The notes beneath the pieces were generated by a model that saw only the letters and a list, made by a program, of their open reading frames with translations, ran no database searches and was not told the DNA's origin. A stretch of DNA of 64,000 nucleotides from Escherichia coli (GTDB taxonomy: Bacteria; Pseudomonadota; Gammaproteobacteria; Enterobacterales; Enterobacteriaceae), in assembly GCF_003334405.1 (NCBI RefSeq), contig NZ_QOWM01000001.1; one strand, written 5' to 3'. This document shows, one piece after another, positions 1 through 11,660 of this stretch (position 1 is the first letter of the stretch; the number at the start of each line of letters is the position of its first letter). The position numbers were made by a program, and so were the translations under genes.

Positions 1-233
1 ATACGCTCCTCACGTGGTAAGTCGATGTAGAGATCATAGCGATCGCCTAGTGCCTGATTAAGCAGGTTGACCACGGCAGAAAGTTTTTTCTCTTTTTCAG
101 ATAAGACTGCTGAACGTCCTTCCGTTTCTACGATATAACCAATAGTAAGCGTTGGGACAATGACCATCAGGATTGCCATCAGGATCATTTGATTGCGTAA
201 GCGGCGTGGATAAATCCACTTCATATAATGCAT
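1..233 (-). CDS. atoS: Sensor histidine kinase AtoS, N-terminal fragment (gene runs off the window start)
   Basis: Reverse strand from ATG at 231-233 translates MHYMKWIYPRRLRNQMILMAILMV..., matching my recollection of the AtoS N-terminus; divergent from rcsC as in K-12. Not in ORF track because it is truncated by the window edge. Confidence 0.85.
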   Translation of the reverse strand, partial: MHYMKWIYPRRLRNQMILMAILMVIVPTLTIGYIVETEGRSAVLSEKEKKLSAVVNLLNQALGDRYDLYIDLPREER

Positions 234-399
234 GCTGAAATCCACTAGTCTTGTCCGGTATATGACGATTATCAGAGGTTAAGGTGATGATTTCTCGGCG
301 GTGTATCATATTCCAGAGAAGAGAGAACATTGCGGTAACACGCTTTTACCGCTACCTTAACCACACTCCATCGGTCACCTGAGGCGGAGCTTCGCCCCT

Positions 400-3249
400 T
401 TGAAATACCTTGCTTCTTTTCGTACAACCCTGAAAGCCTCGCGCTACATGTTCAGAGCATTGGCGTTAGTGCTCTGGCTGTTGATTGCTTTTTCATCCGT
501 TTTTTACATCGTTAATGCGTTACATCAGCGAGAATCGGAAATTCGTCAGGAATTTAATCTGAGTTCCGATCAGGCTCAGCGCTTTATTCAACGCACCTCT
601 GATGTGATGAAAGAGCTGAAGTACATCGCCGAAAATCGCTTATCGGCAGAAAACGGTGTGCTTTCCCCGCGTGGACGAGAAACGCAGGCGGATGTGCCTG
701 CGTTTGAACCGCTGTTTGCCGACTCCGATTGTTCCGCAATGAGTAACACCTGGCGAGGTTCTCTGGAGTCATTGGCGTGGTTTATGCGCTACTGGCGCGA
801 TAATTTTTCTGCGGCTTACGATCTAAACCGGGTATTTTTAATCGGCAGCGATAACCTCTGCATGGCCAATTTCGGTCTGCGTGATATGCCAGTGGAACGC
901 GATACCGCGTTGAAAGCTTTGCATGAACGCATCAATAAATATCGAAATGCACCACAAGATGATAGCGGCAGTAACCTCTACTGGATCAGCGAAGGTCCGC
1001 GCCCTGGCGTCGGGTATTTTTACGCGTTGACGCCAGTTTATCTGGCGAACCGGTTGCAGGCGCTTTTGGGTGTCGAGCAGACCATCCGGATGGAGAACTT
1101 TTTCTTACCGGGTACGTTGCCGATGGGGGTTACCATTCTTGATGAAAATGGTCATACCCTGATTTCGCTTACCGGACCAGAAAGTAAAATTAAGGGCGAT
1201 CCTCGCTGGATGCAGGAACGCTCCTGGTTTGGCTATACGGAAGGGTTCCGGGAGCTGGTGCTGAAGAAAAATCTGCCACCCTCATCGCTAAGCATCGTGT
1301 ATTCGGTGCCGGTTGATAAGGTGCTGGAACGCATTCGCATGTTGATCCTTAACGCAATTTTGCTGAATGTGCTTGCCGGAGCTGCATTGTTTACTCTCGC
1401 ACGGATGTACGAGCGACGTATTTTCATTCCGGCGGAAAGCGACGCCCTGCGACTGGAAGAACATGAGCAGTTCAATCGCAAGATTGTCGCCTCCGCGCCA
1501 GTGGGTATCTGCATTTTGCGTACCGCTGATGGCGTCAATATTTTAAGTAACGAACTGGCGCATACCTATCTCAATATGCTTACGCATGAGGACCGCCAAC
1601 GACTGACGCAAATTATCTGTGGGCAGCAGGTCAATTTTGTTGATGTCCTGACCAGCAACAATACCAATCTGCAAATCAGCTTCGTCCATTCGCGCTATCG
1701 TAATGAAAACGTGGCCATTTGTGTGCTGGTGGATGTTTCTTCGCGCGTGAAGATGGAAGAGTCGTTGCAGGAGATGGCACAAGCAGCGGAACAGGCGAGC
1801 CAGTCAAAATCGATGTTCCTTGCCACCGTCAGTCATGAGCTGCGAACGCCGCTGTATGGCATTATCGGTAACCTGGATCTGTTGCAAACCAAAGAGTTAC
1901 CGAAAGGCGTCGATCGGCTGGTGACGGCAATGAACAACTCTTCCAGCCTGTTGTTGAAAATTATCAGCGATATTCTCGATTTCTCGAAGATTGAATCGGA
2001 ACAGTTGAAGATCGAACCGCGTGAGTTTTCACCGCGTGAAGTGATGAACCACATCACCGCCAACTATTTACCGCTGGTGGTACGCAAGCAGTTAGGCTTG
2101 TACTGCTTTATTGAACCGGATGTGCCAGTGGCCTTAAATGGCGACCCGATGCGTTTACAGCAGGTCATCTCCAACCTGTTGAGTAACGCCATAAAATTCA
2201 CCGATACCGGCTGTATAGTTTTGCATGTTCGCGCGGATGGCGATTATCTCTCTATCCGTGTTCGCGATACCGGCGTGGGGATACCGGCGAAAGAAGTGGT
2301 GCGCTTGTTTGATCCCTTCTTCCAGGTCGGAACGGGCGTACAGCGTAATTTCCAGGGGACCGGTCTGGGTCTGGCGATTTGTGAAAAACTGATCAGCATG
2401 ATGGACGGCGATATCTCGGTAGATTCAGAACCGGGAATGGGCAGCCAGTTTACCGTGCGTATTCCGTTGTACGGCGCTCAGTACCCGCAGAAAAAAGGCG
2501 TGGAAGGGTTGAGTGGTAAACGCTGCTGGCTGGCGGTCCGCAATGCGTCGCTCTGTCAGTTCCTGGAAACCAGTTTGCAGCGCAGCGGCATCGTCGTTAC
2601 AACATACGAAGGGCAGGAACCGACTCCCGAAGATGTGTTGATCACTGACGAGGTAGTGAGTAAAAAATGGCAGGGCAGAGCGGTAGTGACCTTCTGTCGT
2701 CGCCATATTGGTATTCCGCTGGAGAAAGCGCCAGGGGAGTGGGTACACAGTGTGGCTGCTCCGCATGAGCTACCGGCATTGTTGGCGCGTATTTATTTGA
2801 TCGAGATGGAGAGCGACGATCCTGCTAACGCTCTGCCGTCAACGGACAAAGCGGTCAGCGATAATGACGATATGATGATTCTGGTCGTGGATGATCATCC
2901 GATTAACCGGCGTTTGCTGGCAGATCAGTTGGGATCGTTGGGCTATCAATGTAAAACCGCGAATGATGGCGTCGATGCGCTTAATGTACTTAGCAAGAAT
3001 CATATTGATATCGTGCTTAGCGACGTCAACATGCCAAATATGGATGGTTACCGCTTGACGCAACGCATTCGTCAGTTGGGACTGACGTTGCCGGTAATCG
3101 GAGTAACTGCTAATGCGTTGGCTGAAGAGAAGCAGCGGTGTCTGGAGTCCGGTATGGACAGCTGCCTGTCGAAGCCGGTAACGCTGGATGTGATAAAACA
3201 GACGCTGACGTTATATGCCGAGAGGGTCAGGAAATCGCGGGATTCGTAG
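400..3249 (+). CDS. rcsC: Hybrid sensor histidine kinase RcsC (Rcs phosphorelay)
   Basis: ORF 949 aa, N-terminus MKYLASFRTT, H-box SHELRTPL, C-terminal receiver domain (VVDDHPINRRLL...DVNMPNMDG). Length matches K-12 RcsC. First codon is TTG (400-402) with GGCGGAG Shine-Dalgarno-like sequence upstream; no in-frame ATG upstream. Confidence 0.96.
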   Translation: MKYLASFRTTLKASRYMFRALALVLWLLIAFSSVFYIVNALHQRESEIRQEFNLSSDQAQRFIQRTSDVMKELKYIAENRLSAENGVLSPRGRETQADVPAFEPLFADSDCSAMSNTWRGSLESLAWFMRYWRDNFSAAYDLNRVFLIGSDNLCMANFGLRDMPVERDTALKALHERINKYRNAPQDDSGSNLYWISEGPRPGVGYFYALTPVYLANRLQALLGVEQTIRMENFFLPGTLPMGVTILDENGHTLISLTGPESKIKGDPRWMQERSWFGYTEGFRELVLKKNLPPSSLSIVYSVPVDKVLERIRMLILNAILLNVLAGAALFTLARMYERRIFIPAESDALRLEEHEQFNRKIVASAPVGICILRTADGVNILSNELAHTYLNMLTHEDRQRLTQIICGQQVNFVDVLTSNNTNLQISFVHSRYRNENVAICVLVDVSSRVKMEESLQEMAQAAEQASQSKSMFLATVSHELRTPLYGIIGNLDLLQTKELPKGVDRLVTAMNNSSSLLLKIISDILDFSKIESEQLKIEPREFSPREVMNHITANYLPLVVRKQLGLYCFIEPDVPVALNGDPMRLQQVISNLLSNAIKFTDTGCIVLHVRADGDYLSIRVRDTGVGIPAKEVVRLFDPFFQVGTGVQRNFQGTGLGLAICEKLISMMDGDISVDSEPGMGSQFTVRIPLYGAQYPQKKGVEGLSGKRCWLAVRNASLCQFLETSLQRSGIVVTTYEGQEPTPEDVLITDEVVSKKWQGRAVVTFCRRHIGIPLEKAPGEWVHSVAAPHELPALLARIYLIEMESDDPANALPSTDKAVSDNDDMMILVVDDHPINRRLLADQLGSLGYQCKTANDGVDALNVLSKNHIDIVLSDVNMPNMDGYRLTQRIRQLGLTLPVIGVTANALAEEKQRCLESGMDSCLSKPVTLDVIKQTLTLYAERVRKSRDS

Positions 3250-3441
<192 letters not shown>

Positions 3442-3448
3442 CAGGTGA

Positions 3449-4099
3449 TTAGTCTTTATCTGCCGGACTTAAGGTCACTGAAGAGAGATAATTCAGCAGG
3501 GCGATATCGTTCTCGACACCCAGCTTCATCATCGCAGATTTCTTCTGGCTACTGATGGTTTTAATACTGCGGTTCAGCTTTTTAGCGATCTCGGTCACCA
3601 GGAAGCCTTCCGCAAACAGGCGCAGAACTTCACTCTCTTTTGGCGAGAGACGCTTGTCACCGTAACCACCAGCACTGATTTTTTCCAACAGGCGAGAAAC
3701 GCTTTCCGGGGTAAATTTCTTCCCTTTCTGCAGCGCGGCGAGAGCTTTCGGCAGATCGGTCGGTGCACCTTGTTTCAGCACGATCCCTTCGATATCCAGA
3801 TCCAATACCGCACTAAGAATCGCCGGGTTGTTGTTCATAGTCAGAACAATGATCGACAGGCTTGGGAAATGGCGCTTGATGTACTTGATTAAGGTAATGC
3901 CATCGCCGTACTTATCGCCAGGCATGGAGAGATCGGTAATCAACACATGCGCATCCAGTTTCGGCAGGTTGTTGATCAGTGCTGTAGAGTCTTCAAATTC
4001 GCCGACAACATTCACCCACTCAATTTGCTCAAGTGATTTGCGAATACCGAACAAGACTATCGGATGGTCATCGGCAATAATTACGTTCATATTGTTCAT
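3449..4099 (-). CDS. rcsB: Response regulator RcsB (LuxR/FixJ family)
   Basis: ORF track 3449..4144 trimmed to ATG at 4097-4099 giving MNNMNVIIADDHPIVLFGIRKSL..., 216 aa, matching K-12 RcsB; C-terminal HTH (SPKESEVLRLFAEGFLVTEIAKKLNRSIKTISSQK). Confidence 0.96.
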   Translation of the reverse strand: MNNMNVIIADDHPIVLFGIRKSLEQIEWVNVVGEFEDSTALINNLPKLDAHVLITDLSMPGDKYGDGITLIKYIKRHFPSLSIIVLTMNNNPAILSAVLDLDIEGIVLKQGAPTDLPKALAALQKGKKFTPESVSRLLEKISAGGYGDKRLSPKESEVLRLFAEGFLVTEIAKKLNRSIKTISSQKKSAMMKLGVENDIALLNYLSSVTLSPADKD

Positions 4100-4115
4100 G
4101 TAATAGGCTACCTTG

Positions 4116-6788
4116 CTACAGCAAGCTCTTGACATAACTGTCAATGTCGCTGATGTATTTTTCTATTCCTGGAACATCCTTCTCACGAATCAGATGTTCC
4201 AGCGTTTCACATAACTGCTTGCCGGGTACCAGATTTAGCATGGCAAATACGCCTTTAAGACGATGAGCCGTTTGGGCTAACGCAGCAAAGTCACTGGTTG
4301 CTGCTTCAGTATACAGCCTCTTAACATCATCCGGTACTGTGTCTACAAAGAGCGCATAATAGCCGCTGGCATGGAGTTGCGCATTTTCATCTCCGCCCAG
4401 AGGCGATTCTGTCACCTCTTCCTGCGCCAGTTGCACTTCAATTAATTGTAAGACCGCTTCCTGCATAGCGTTGCTCATATTGAAGTTGACGCACAATTGA
4501 CCAGGCCCAATTTCCCGTACGCCAGACTCATCATCGCTTAAAAGCAAGCCAGAGGCAGTAAGATTAGACGGATTATCCGTTAAAAAGATATCATAATCTT
4601 GACTAATTAATCTTTCATCGGGTGTGATACAGGTTGCACCCCAATTTTCTAACTGGCGAGTGACAATATTCCGAATTTCTGCCGAAGTAACATCCACCAT
4701 TACGCAGACATCATCCAGTAAACGCTCTTCTTCCTCTTCAACTTCCGGGTCAGCTGCGAGCATTTTGATATGCACAGAGTAGCGTGTACCAAGCCCATCC
4801 CGCGTTTTGATGTTTAAATGACCGCCCAGTTTACGTGCCAGTTGATCGCTCAGCCAGAATGCCAGCGGGTCCGCCTTGCCATAGCGATCGTTTTGGGTCT
4901 GGTTGATAAACGGGAAGTGCAAATTATCCATTTCATGAATACTTACGCCTTCTCCCGTGTCCAGAATGCGGAACGTCAGGCGGTCTTCGGAGGACTCATC
5001 CTGATCAACCTCAAGGGTGATTTTTCCCAATTGCGTTGAGGTCACGGCATATTGCATCAGTAGCAGCAAAATACGTCGTAAGGCATCGCGATCGCCGCGG
5101 CGCATATCGTGTGCTTTCAGATGATTGTTAATCAGCAGTTGCAGACCTTTACGCTTGATGGCAGGCAACACTGAAGGCACAACTTCATCAATTAAATCCT
5201 GCACGGAGAACAGCACCGTCTCACTTTTCCAGCTATCATCCGCAAGCATGTTCGCTAACTGTATTTCATCAACCAGCCGCACCAGCACATCTGCCTGATT
5301 CGCCAGTTGTTTGCTTTCCGGGGCGTTGAGTTTAGCCGCGCTCTCCGCCAGGGACTGTGCGGGTTCTTTCAGCGCATCGCCAATGTTTTTCATAAAGATC
5401 ATCCGCCCCTGCTGGTTTTTCTCATACAGACGCTGCGCCTGCTTGAGTTTCTTGTTTACCAGCACTTCGCGATCCTGATCGCGAATAATGAAAATTTGTG
5501 TGCGCGGCGCGACCTGGCTGCGGAACATGCGGATCTCATACAGCTCGTTATTGATCGTCGCCTGAATAATCCCCTGATGCTGTTCCGCCATGGTGGTGAT
5601 GTTTTGCAGATTCAAATGCGGCAGCAAATGATCGGCAATTTTGTTACTTATGACAGTGCGGTTCGATTCCTGATCGTGAACCAGCAGGCCGAGCGGCAGC
5701 AGTGAGACTATCTCTTCATTGATTGCCCGTAAAATGCGCAATTCGTTATTGACCGCCGTGCTGGGGACGTTTTCTGTACTGCGGCTGGAGAAATGGCGGA
5801 ATGTGGTATAGCCAAATAACGCCAGCGCCAGCAAACCGATGTTCAGCAGCAGTGGCAGCAGAATGTTTTGCAACGTATCCAGCAATAAGGTGCCATAAGG
5901 AACCTGCCAGACCAGGCGCATATCGGTAGAGTTGAGTGCCGAGGAGATTTCAATCTTCGTACTGTTAAAGTGGATACTGACGCTATCCGTCCCTTCTTTC
6001 TCATTATCATTGTTTCCCGTTGCCGTCGCGTCTGGCTCAAGGCGGAAACTGTCCAGCGGCATACCCGGTGGGATCAAATCATTAATCGGCAGATCAAAAG
6101 CCACGACCGTTGCCAGATGTCCTGGCTGGTTAAAGGTAGTACGCAATGTAAAGTAATGACCGTTCTGCCAGGCCAGGCGGCGCATGTTAGAAAAGCTTTC
6201 GCGTTCATCGAGGGCGTTGGCCTGTTGCAACATCTCTGCACGACGTGAATCAACAATGTCGCTGACGGTCGATTCTTTAAATCCGGAGGTGAGATCTTTA
6301 AGGGGTAGGGTTGAGATCAGCACCAGACTGTTATCCTGACCATTCAGGTAATACATCGACCACGGTACATTTTCTGCGCCCCACAATGTATCCAGATAAG
6401 TGGACATCCGCTGAGTCATCTCAAGCGTTGAGTTGTCGTGAGAGCCAAAGATTAACGCTTCCGTTTTGCGGCGTGGTTTCTCCAGATAGTAGACATCCTG
6501 TTTCAGGCGCGTCTCTTGTAAACCTTCGCCGGAGGAGGGGGAGGTCGTCGCGGCAATGTTGTCGTAGATCTGCCAGGTCACGTAACGCCAGTTATCGACG
6601 CGCTTTTGGATAGCATGGGTAATGTCGACAATCTGGTAACTTTTATCTTTCAGCCAGGCGTTAACGGCGCTTTGTACCATTACACCCATCGTCACCAGTA
6701 ACACAATGATCAACAGTAAAAAGAAGCGGGTAATGCTCCCCGGTAGGAGTGAAAAGCGGGTCGTGGCCGTTGTCTCTTTCTGACGCAT
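4116..6788 (-). CDS. rcsD: Phosphotransfer intermediate protein RcsD (YojN)
   Basis: ORF 890 aa, N-terminus MRQKETTATTRFSLLPGS; C-terminal HPt-like region; immediately upstream of rcsB on same strand (rcsDB operon). Confidence 0.95.
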   Translation of the reverse strand: MRQKETTATTRFSLLPGSITRFFLLLIIVLLVTMGVMVQSAVNAWLKDKSYQIVDITHAIQKRVDNWRYVTWQIYDNIAATTSPSSGEGLQETRLKQDVYYLEKPRRKTEALIFGSHDNSTLEMTQRMSTYLDTLWGAENVPWSMYYLNGQDNSLVLISTLPLKDLTSGFKESTVSDIVDSRRAEMLQQANALDERESFSNMRRLAWQNGHYFTLRTTFNQPGHLATVVAFDLPINDLIPPGMPLDSFRLEPDATATGNNDNEKEGTDSVSIHFNSTKIEISSALNSTDMRLVWQVPYGTLLLDTLQNILLPLLLNIGLLALALFGYTTFRHFSSRSTENVPSTAVNNELRILRAINEEIVSLLPLGLLVHDQESNRTVISNKIADHLLPHLNLQNITTMAEQHQGIIQATINNELYEIRMFRSQVAPRTQIFIIRDQDREVLVNKKLKQAQRLYEKNQQGRMIFMKNIGDALKEPAQSLAESAAKLNAPESKQLANQADVLVRLVDEIQLANMLADDSWKSETVLFSVQDLIDEVVPSVLPAIKRKGLQLLINNHLKAHDMRRGDRDALRRILLLLMQYAVTSTQLGKITLEVDQDESSEDRLTFRILDTGEGVSIHEMDNLHFPFINQTQNDRYGKADPLAFWLSDQLARKLGGHLNIKTRDGLGTRYSVHIKMLAADPEVEEEEERLLDDVCVMVDVTSAEIRNIVTRQLENWGATCITPDERLISQDYDIFLTDNPSNLTASGLLLSDDESGVREIGPGQLCVNFNMSNAMQEAVLQLIEVQLAQEEVTESPLGGDENAQLHASGYYALFVDTVPDDVKRLYTEAATSDFAALAQTAHRLKGVFAMLNLVPGKQLCETLEHLIREKDVPGIEKYISDIDSYVKSLL

Positions 6789-7099
6789 TCGTGTTTATGA
6801 CCTGTTAAAACTTCGCGAAGTGATAGGGCAGTATAAAGGGTACAGTGTGAAATTCCAGACTCTTACCTGATTGATGATTCTCTATTCTCCCGTGATATTT
6901 ATCATCCTGCATTGGGGGAAATAGATGTACAAGCGCCATTTTGCTGTACAAATAACCTACAAAAAGCCCAACAAAAATAATTGCAAATAAACAAAGATTG
7001 CTGGAAATTATGCGGATGTTAATTATTTGTGAAATAGTTAACAAGCGTTATAGTTTTTCTGTGGTAGCACAGAATAATGAAAAGTGTGTAAAGAAGGGT

Positions 7100-7192
7100 A
7101 AAAAAAACCGAATGCGAGGCATCCGGTTGAAATAGGGGTAAACAGACATTCAGAAATGAATGACGGTAATAAATAAAGTTAATGATGATAGC
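7100..7192 (-). ncRNA. micF: MicF antisense sRNA (represses ompF mRNA)
   Basis: Reverse complement of 7100-7192 reads GCTATCATCATTAACTTTATTTATTACCGTCATTCATTTCTGAATGTCTGTTTACCCCTATTTCAACCGGATGCCTCGCATTCGGTTTTTTTT, matching the 93-nt MicF sequence as I recall it, including the terminal hairpin and U-run; divergent from ompC. Confidence 0.93.
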
Positions 7193-7344
7193 GGGAGTTA
7201 TTCTAGTTGCGAGTGAAGGTTTTGTTTTGACATTCAGTGCTGTCAAATACTTAAGAATAAGTTATTGATTTTAACCTTGAATTATTATTGCTTGATGTTA
7301 GGTGCTTATTTCGCCATTCCGCAATAATCTTAAAAAGTTCCCTT

Positions 7345-7410
7345 GCATTTACATTTTGAAACATCTATAGCGATAAATGAAACATCTTAAAAGTTTTAGT
7401 ATCATATTCG
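7345..7410 (+). promoter_or_regulatory. OmpR-binding boxes (C1-C3) of the ompC promoter
   Basis: Sequence TTTACATTTTGAAACATCTATAGCGATAAATGAAACATCTTAAAAGTTTTAGTATCATATTCG contains tandem OmpR-type half sites (GAAACATCT repeated), about 120-180 bp upstream of the ompC ATG. Confidence 0.7.
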
Positions 7411-7511
7411 TGTTGGATTATTCTGCATTTTTGGGGAGAATGGACTTGCCGACTGATTAATGAGGGTTAATCAGTATGCAGTGGCATAAAAAAGCAAATA
7501 AAGGCATATAA

Positions 7512-8630
<1,119 letters not shown>

Positions 8631-8649
8631 TCTCGATTGATATCGAACA

Positions 8650-8672
8650 AAGGGCCTGCGGGCCCTTTTTTC
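8650..8672 (+). terminator. Intrinsic terminator of ompC
   Basis: GC hairpin AGGGCC-TGCG-GGCCCT followed by TTTTTT, 20 bp after the ompC stop. Confidence 0.8.
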
Positions 8673-8741
8673 ATTGTTTTCAGCGTACAAACTCAGTTTT
8701 TTGGTGTACTCTTGCGACCGTTCGCATGAGGATAATCACGT

Positions 8742-9797
8742 ATGGAAATAAGCTTTACCCGCGTGGCACTGCTGGCTGCCGCGCTCTTCTTTGTTGGTTG
8801 CGATCAAAAACCACAACCCGCCAAAACCCACGCTACTGAAGTTACCGTTCTTGAAGGCAAAACTATGGGTACCTTCTGGCGTGCCAGCATCCCGGGCATT
8901 GACGCCAAACGCAGCGCCGAACTTAAAGAAAAGATTCAGACCCAACTGGACGCCGACGATCAGCTGCTTTCGACCTATAAAAAAGATTCCGCGCTGATGC
9001 GCTTTAACGACTCGCAAAGTTTATCGCCGTGGCCGGTAAGTGAAGCGATGGCCGATATCGTCACCACCTCGCTGCGCATTGGCGCGAAGACCGATGGCGC
9101 GATGGATATAACCGTCGGGCCGCTGGTGAATCTGTGGGGCTTTGGCCCGGAACAACAGCCGGTTCAAATTCCGAGCCAGGAACAGATCGATGCGATGAAA
9201 GCCAAAACCGGCTTACAGCACCTGACGGTCATCAATCAGTCGCATCAGCAATATCTGCAAAAAGACCTGCCGGATTTATATGTCGATCTCTCCACCGTCG
9301 GCGAAGGCTATGCGGCCGATCATTTGGCACGCTTGATGGAGCAGGAAGGGATTTCCCGCTATCTGGTGTCGGTGGGCGGCGCGCTGAACAGCCGTGGTAT
9401 GAACGGTGAAGGCCTGCCGTGGCGGGTAGCGATTCAAAAACCAACCGATAAAGAAAACGCGGTTCAGGCTGTGGTGGATATCAACGGTCATGGGATTAGC
9501 ACCTCTGGCAGCTACCGTAACTATTACGAACTGGACGGCAAACGTCTTTCCCATGTTATCGATCCGCAAACCGGGCGTCCCATCGAACACAATCTGGTAT
9601 CCGTGACGGTGATTGCTCCGACGGCGCTGGAAGCCGATGCCTGGGATACTGGCTTGATGGTACTCGGGCCGGAGAAAGCTAAAGAGGTTGTTCGCCGGGA
9701 AGGGCTGGCGGTTTATATGATCACCAAAGAAGGCGATAGCTTTAAAACCTGGATGTCACCACAGTTTAAAAGCTTCCTTGTCAGCGAAAAAAATTAA
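8742..9797 (+). CDS. apbE: FAD:protein FMN transferase ApbE (Ftp) lipoprotein
   Basis: ORF 351 aa, lipoprotein signal (…LFFVGC), matches ApbE. Confidence 0.93.
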   Translation: MEISFTRVALLAAALFFVGCDQKPQPAKTHATEVTVLEGKTMGTFWRASIPGIDAKRSAELKEKIQTQLDADDQLLSTYKKDSALMRFNDSQSLSPWPVSEAMADIVTTSLRIGAKTDGAMDITVGPLVNLWGFGPEQQPVQIPSQEQIDAMKAKTGLQHLTVINQSHQQYLQKDLPDLYVDLSTVGEGYAADHLARLMEQEGISRYLVSVGGALNSRGMNGEGLPWRVAIQKPTDKENAVQAVVDINGHGISTSGSYRNYYELDGKRLSHVIDPQTGRPIEHNLVSVTVIAPTALEADAWDTGLMVLGPEKAKEVVRREGLAVYMITKEGDSFKTWMSPQFKSFLVSEKN

Positions 9798-9803
9798 AGC
9801 GCA
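9796..9803 (+). promoter_or_regulatory. Ada box (AAAGCGCA) of the ada promoter
   Basis: AAAGCGCA motif seen at 9796-9803, about 70 bp upstream of the ada ATG and overlapping the apbE stop codon. Confidence 0.5.
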
Positions 9804-9870
9804 AGATTGTTGGTTTTTGCGTGATGGTGACCGGGCAGCCTAAAGGCTATCCTTAACCAGGGAGCTGATT

Positions 9871-10935
9871 ATGAAAAAAGCCACATGCTTAACTGACGAT
9901 CAACGCTGGCAATCTGTCTTAGCCCGCGACCCGAATGCCGACGGCGAATTCGTTTTCGCCGTGCGTACCACAGGCATCTTTTGCCGTCCGTCTTGCCGCG
10001 CCAGACATGCTTTGCGGGAAAACGTCTCCTTCTACGCAAATGCCAGCGAGGCACTCGCCGCTGGCTTTCGCCCCTGCAAACGTTGTCAGCCAGAAAAAGC
10101 CAATGCCCAGCAACATCGGTTGGATAAAATCACCCACGCGTGTCGACTGCTGGAACAGGAAACGCCTGTAACGCTGGAAGCCTTAGCCGACCAGGTGGCG
10201 ATGAGTCCATTTCATCTACATCGGTTGTTTAAAGCGACTACCGGAATGACGCCTAAAGCCTGGCAACAGGCCTGGCGCGCTCGCCGTTTGCGCGAATCGC
10301 TGGCGAAAGGGGAGAGCGTGACGACGTCTATTCTTAACGCCGGATTCCCCGACAGCAGCAGTTACTATCGCAAAGCTGACGAAACGCTGGGCATGACGGC
10401 TAAACAATTCCGTCACGGTGGCGAAAATCTGGCGGTGCGTTACGCGCTGGCTGATTGTGAGCTGGGTCGTTGCCTGGTGGCAGAAAGCGAGCGGGGGATT
10501 TGCGCGATATTGCTGGGCGATGATGACGCGACACTAATCAGCGAGTTGCAGCAGATGTTTCCCGCTGCCGACAACGCGCCTGCCGATCTGATGTTTCAGC
10601 AACATGTGCGTGAAGTGATCGCCAGCCTCAATCAACGCGATACGCCGCTGACGTTACCGCTGGACATTCGCGGCACTGCTTTTCAGCAACAAGTCTGGCA
10701 GGCACTGCGCACGATACCTTGCGGTGAAACCGTCAGTTATCAGCAACTGGCTAACGCCATCGGCAAACCGAAAGCGGTACGGGCCGTTGCCAGCGCCTGT
10801 GCCGCCAACAAGCTGGCTATCATAATACCCTGTCATCGGGTGGTCCGTGGTGATGGCACACTTTCCGGTTACCGCTGGGGCGTGTCGCGTAAAGCGCAAC
10901 TGCTGCGCCGCGAAGCTGAAAATGAGGAGAGGTAA
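9871..10935 (+). CDS. ada: Bifunctional transcriptional activator / O6-methylguanine-DNA methyltransferase Ada
   Basis: ORF 354 aa; N-terminal Zn Cys cluster (CRPSCRARH...CKRC), C-terminal PCHRV active site. Confidence 0.96.
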   Translation: MKKATCLTDDQRWQSVLARDPNADGEFVFAVRTTGIFCRPSCRARHALRENVSFYANASEALAAGFRPCKRCQPEKANAQQHRLDKITHACRLLEQETPVTLEALADQVAMSPFHLHRLFKATTGMTPKAWQQAWRARRLRESLAKGESVTTSILNAGFPDSSSYYRKADETLGMTAKQFRHGGENLAVRYALADCELGRCLVAESERGICAILLGDDDATLISELQQMFPAADNAPADLMFQQHVREVIASLNQRDTPLTLPLDIRGTAFQQQVWQALRTIPCGETVSYQQLANAIGKPKAVRAVASACAANKLAIIIPCHRVVRGDGTLSGYRWGVSRKAQLLRREAENEER

Positions 10936-11585
10936 TGTTGGATCTGTTTGCCGATGCTGAACCGTGGCAAGAGCCACTGGCGGCTGGTGCGGTAATTTTA
11001 CGGCGTTTTGCTTTTAACGCTGCGGAGCAACTGATCCGCGATATTAATGACGTTGCCAGCCAGTCGCCGTTTCGCCAGATGGTCACCCCCGGGGGATATA
11101 CCATGTCGGTGGCGATGACCAACTGTGGGCATCTGGGCTGGACGACCCATCGGCAAGGTTATCTCTATTCGCCCATTGATCCGCAAACAAATAAACCGTG
11201 GCCCGCCATGCCACAGAGTTTTCATAATTTATGTCAACGTGCGGCTACGGCGGCGGGCTATCCAGATTTCCAGCCAGATGCTTGTCTTATCAACCGCTAC
11301 GCTCCTGGCGCGAAACTGTCGCTGCATCAGGATAAAGACGAACCGGATCTGCGCGCGCCAATTGTTTCTGTTTCTCTGGGCTTACCCGCGATTTTTCAAT
11401 TTGGCGGCCTGAAACGAAATGATCCGCTCAAACGTTTGTTGTTGGAACATGGCGATGTGGTGGTATGGGGCGGTGAATCGCGGCTGTTTTATCACGGTAT
11501 TCAACCGTTGAAAGCGGGGTTTCATCCACTCACCATCGACTGCCGCTACAACCTGACATTCCGTCAGGCAGGTAAAAAAGAATAA
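10935..11585 (+). CDS. alkB: Alpha-ketoglutarate/Fe(II)-dependent DNA dioxygenase AlkB
   Basis: ORF 216 aa (MLDLFADAEPWQEPLAAGAVILRRFA...); start overlaps the ada stop by 1 nt (TAATG), the ada-alkB operon arrangement. Confidence 0.96.
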   Translation: MLDLFADAEPWQEPLAAGAVILRRFAFNAAEQLIRDINDVASQSPFRQMVTPGGYTMSVAMTNCGHLGWTTHRQGYLYSPIDPQTNKPWPAMPQSFHNLCQRAATAAGYPDFQPDACLINRYAPGAKLSLHQDKDEPDLRAPIVSVSLGLPAIFQFGGLKRNDPLKRLLLEHGDVVVWGGESRLFYHGIQPLKAGFHPLTIDCRYNLTFRQAGKKE

Positions 11586-11660
11586 AAATAAGAATTATTA
11601 TTGCTGTGCGCGCGAAGATGTTTAAACTGCGGGCTGTAATTCATTGTCCGGGTTTTCTGC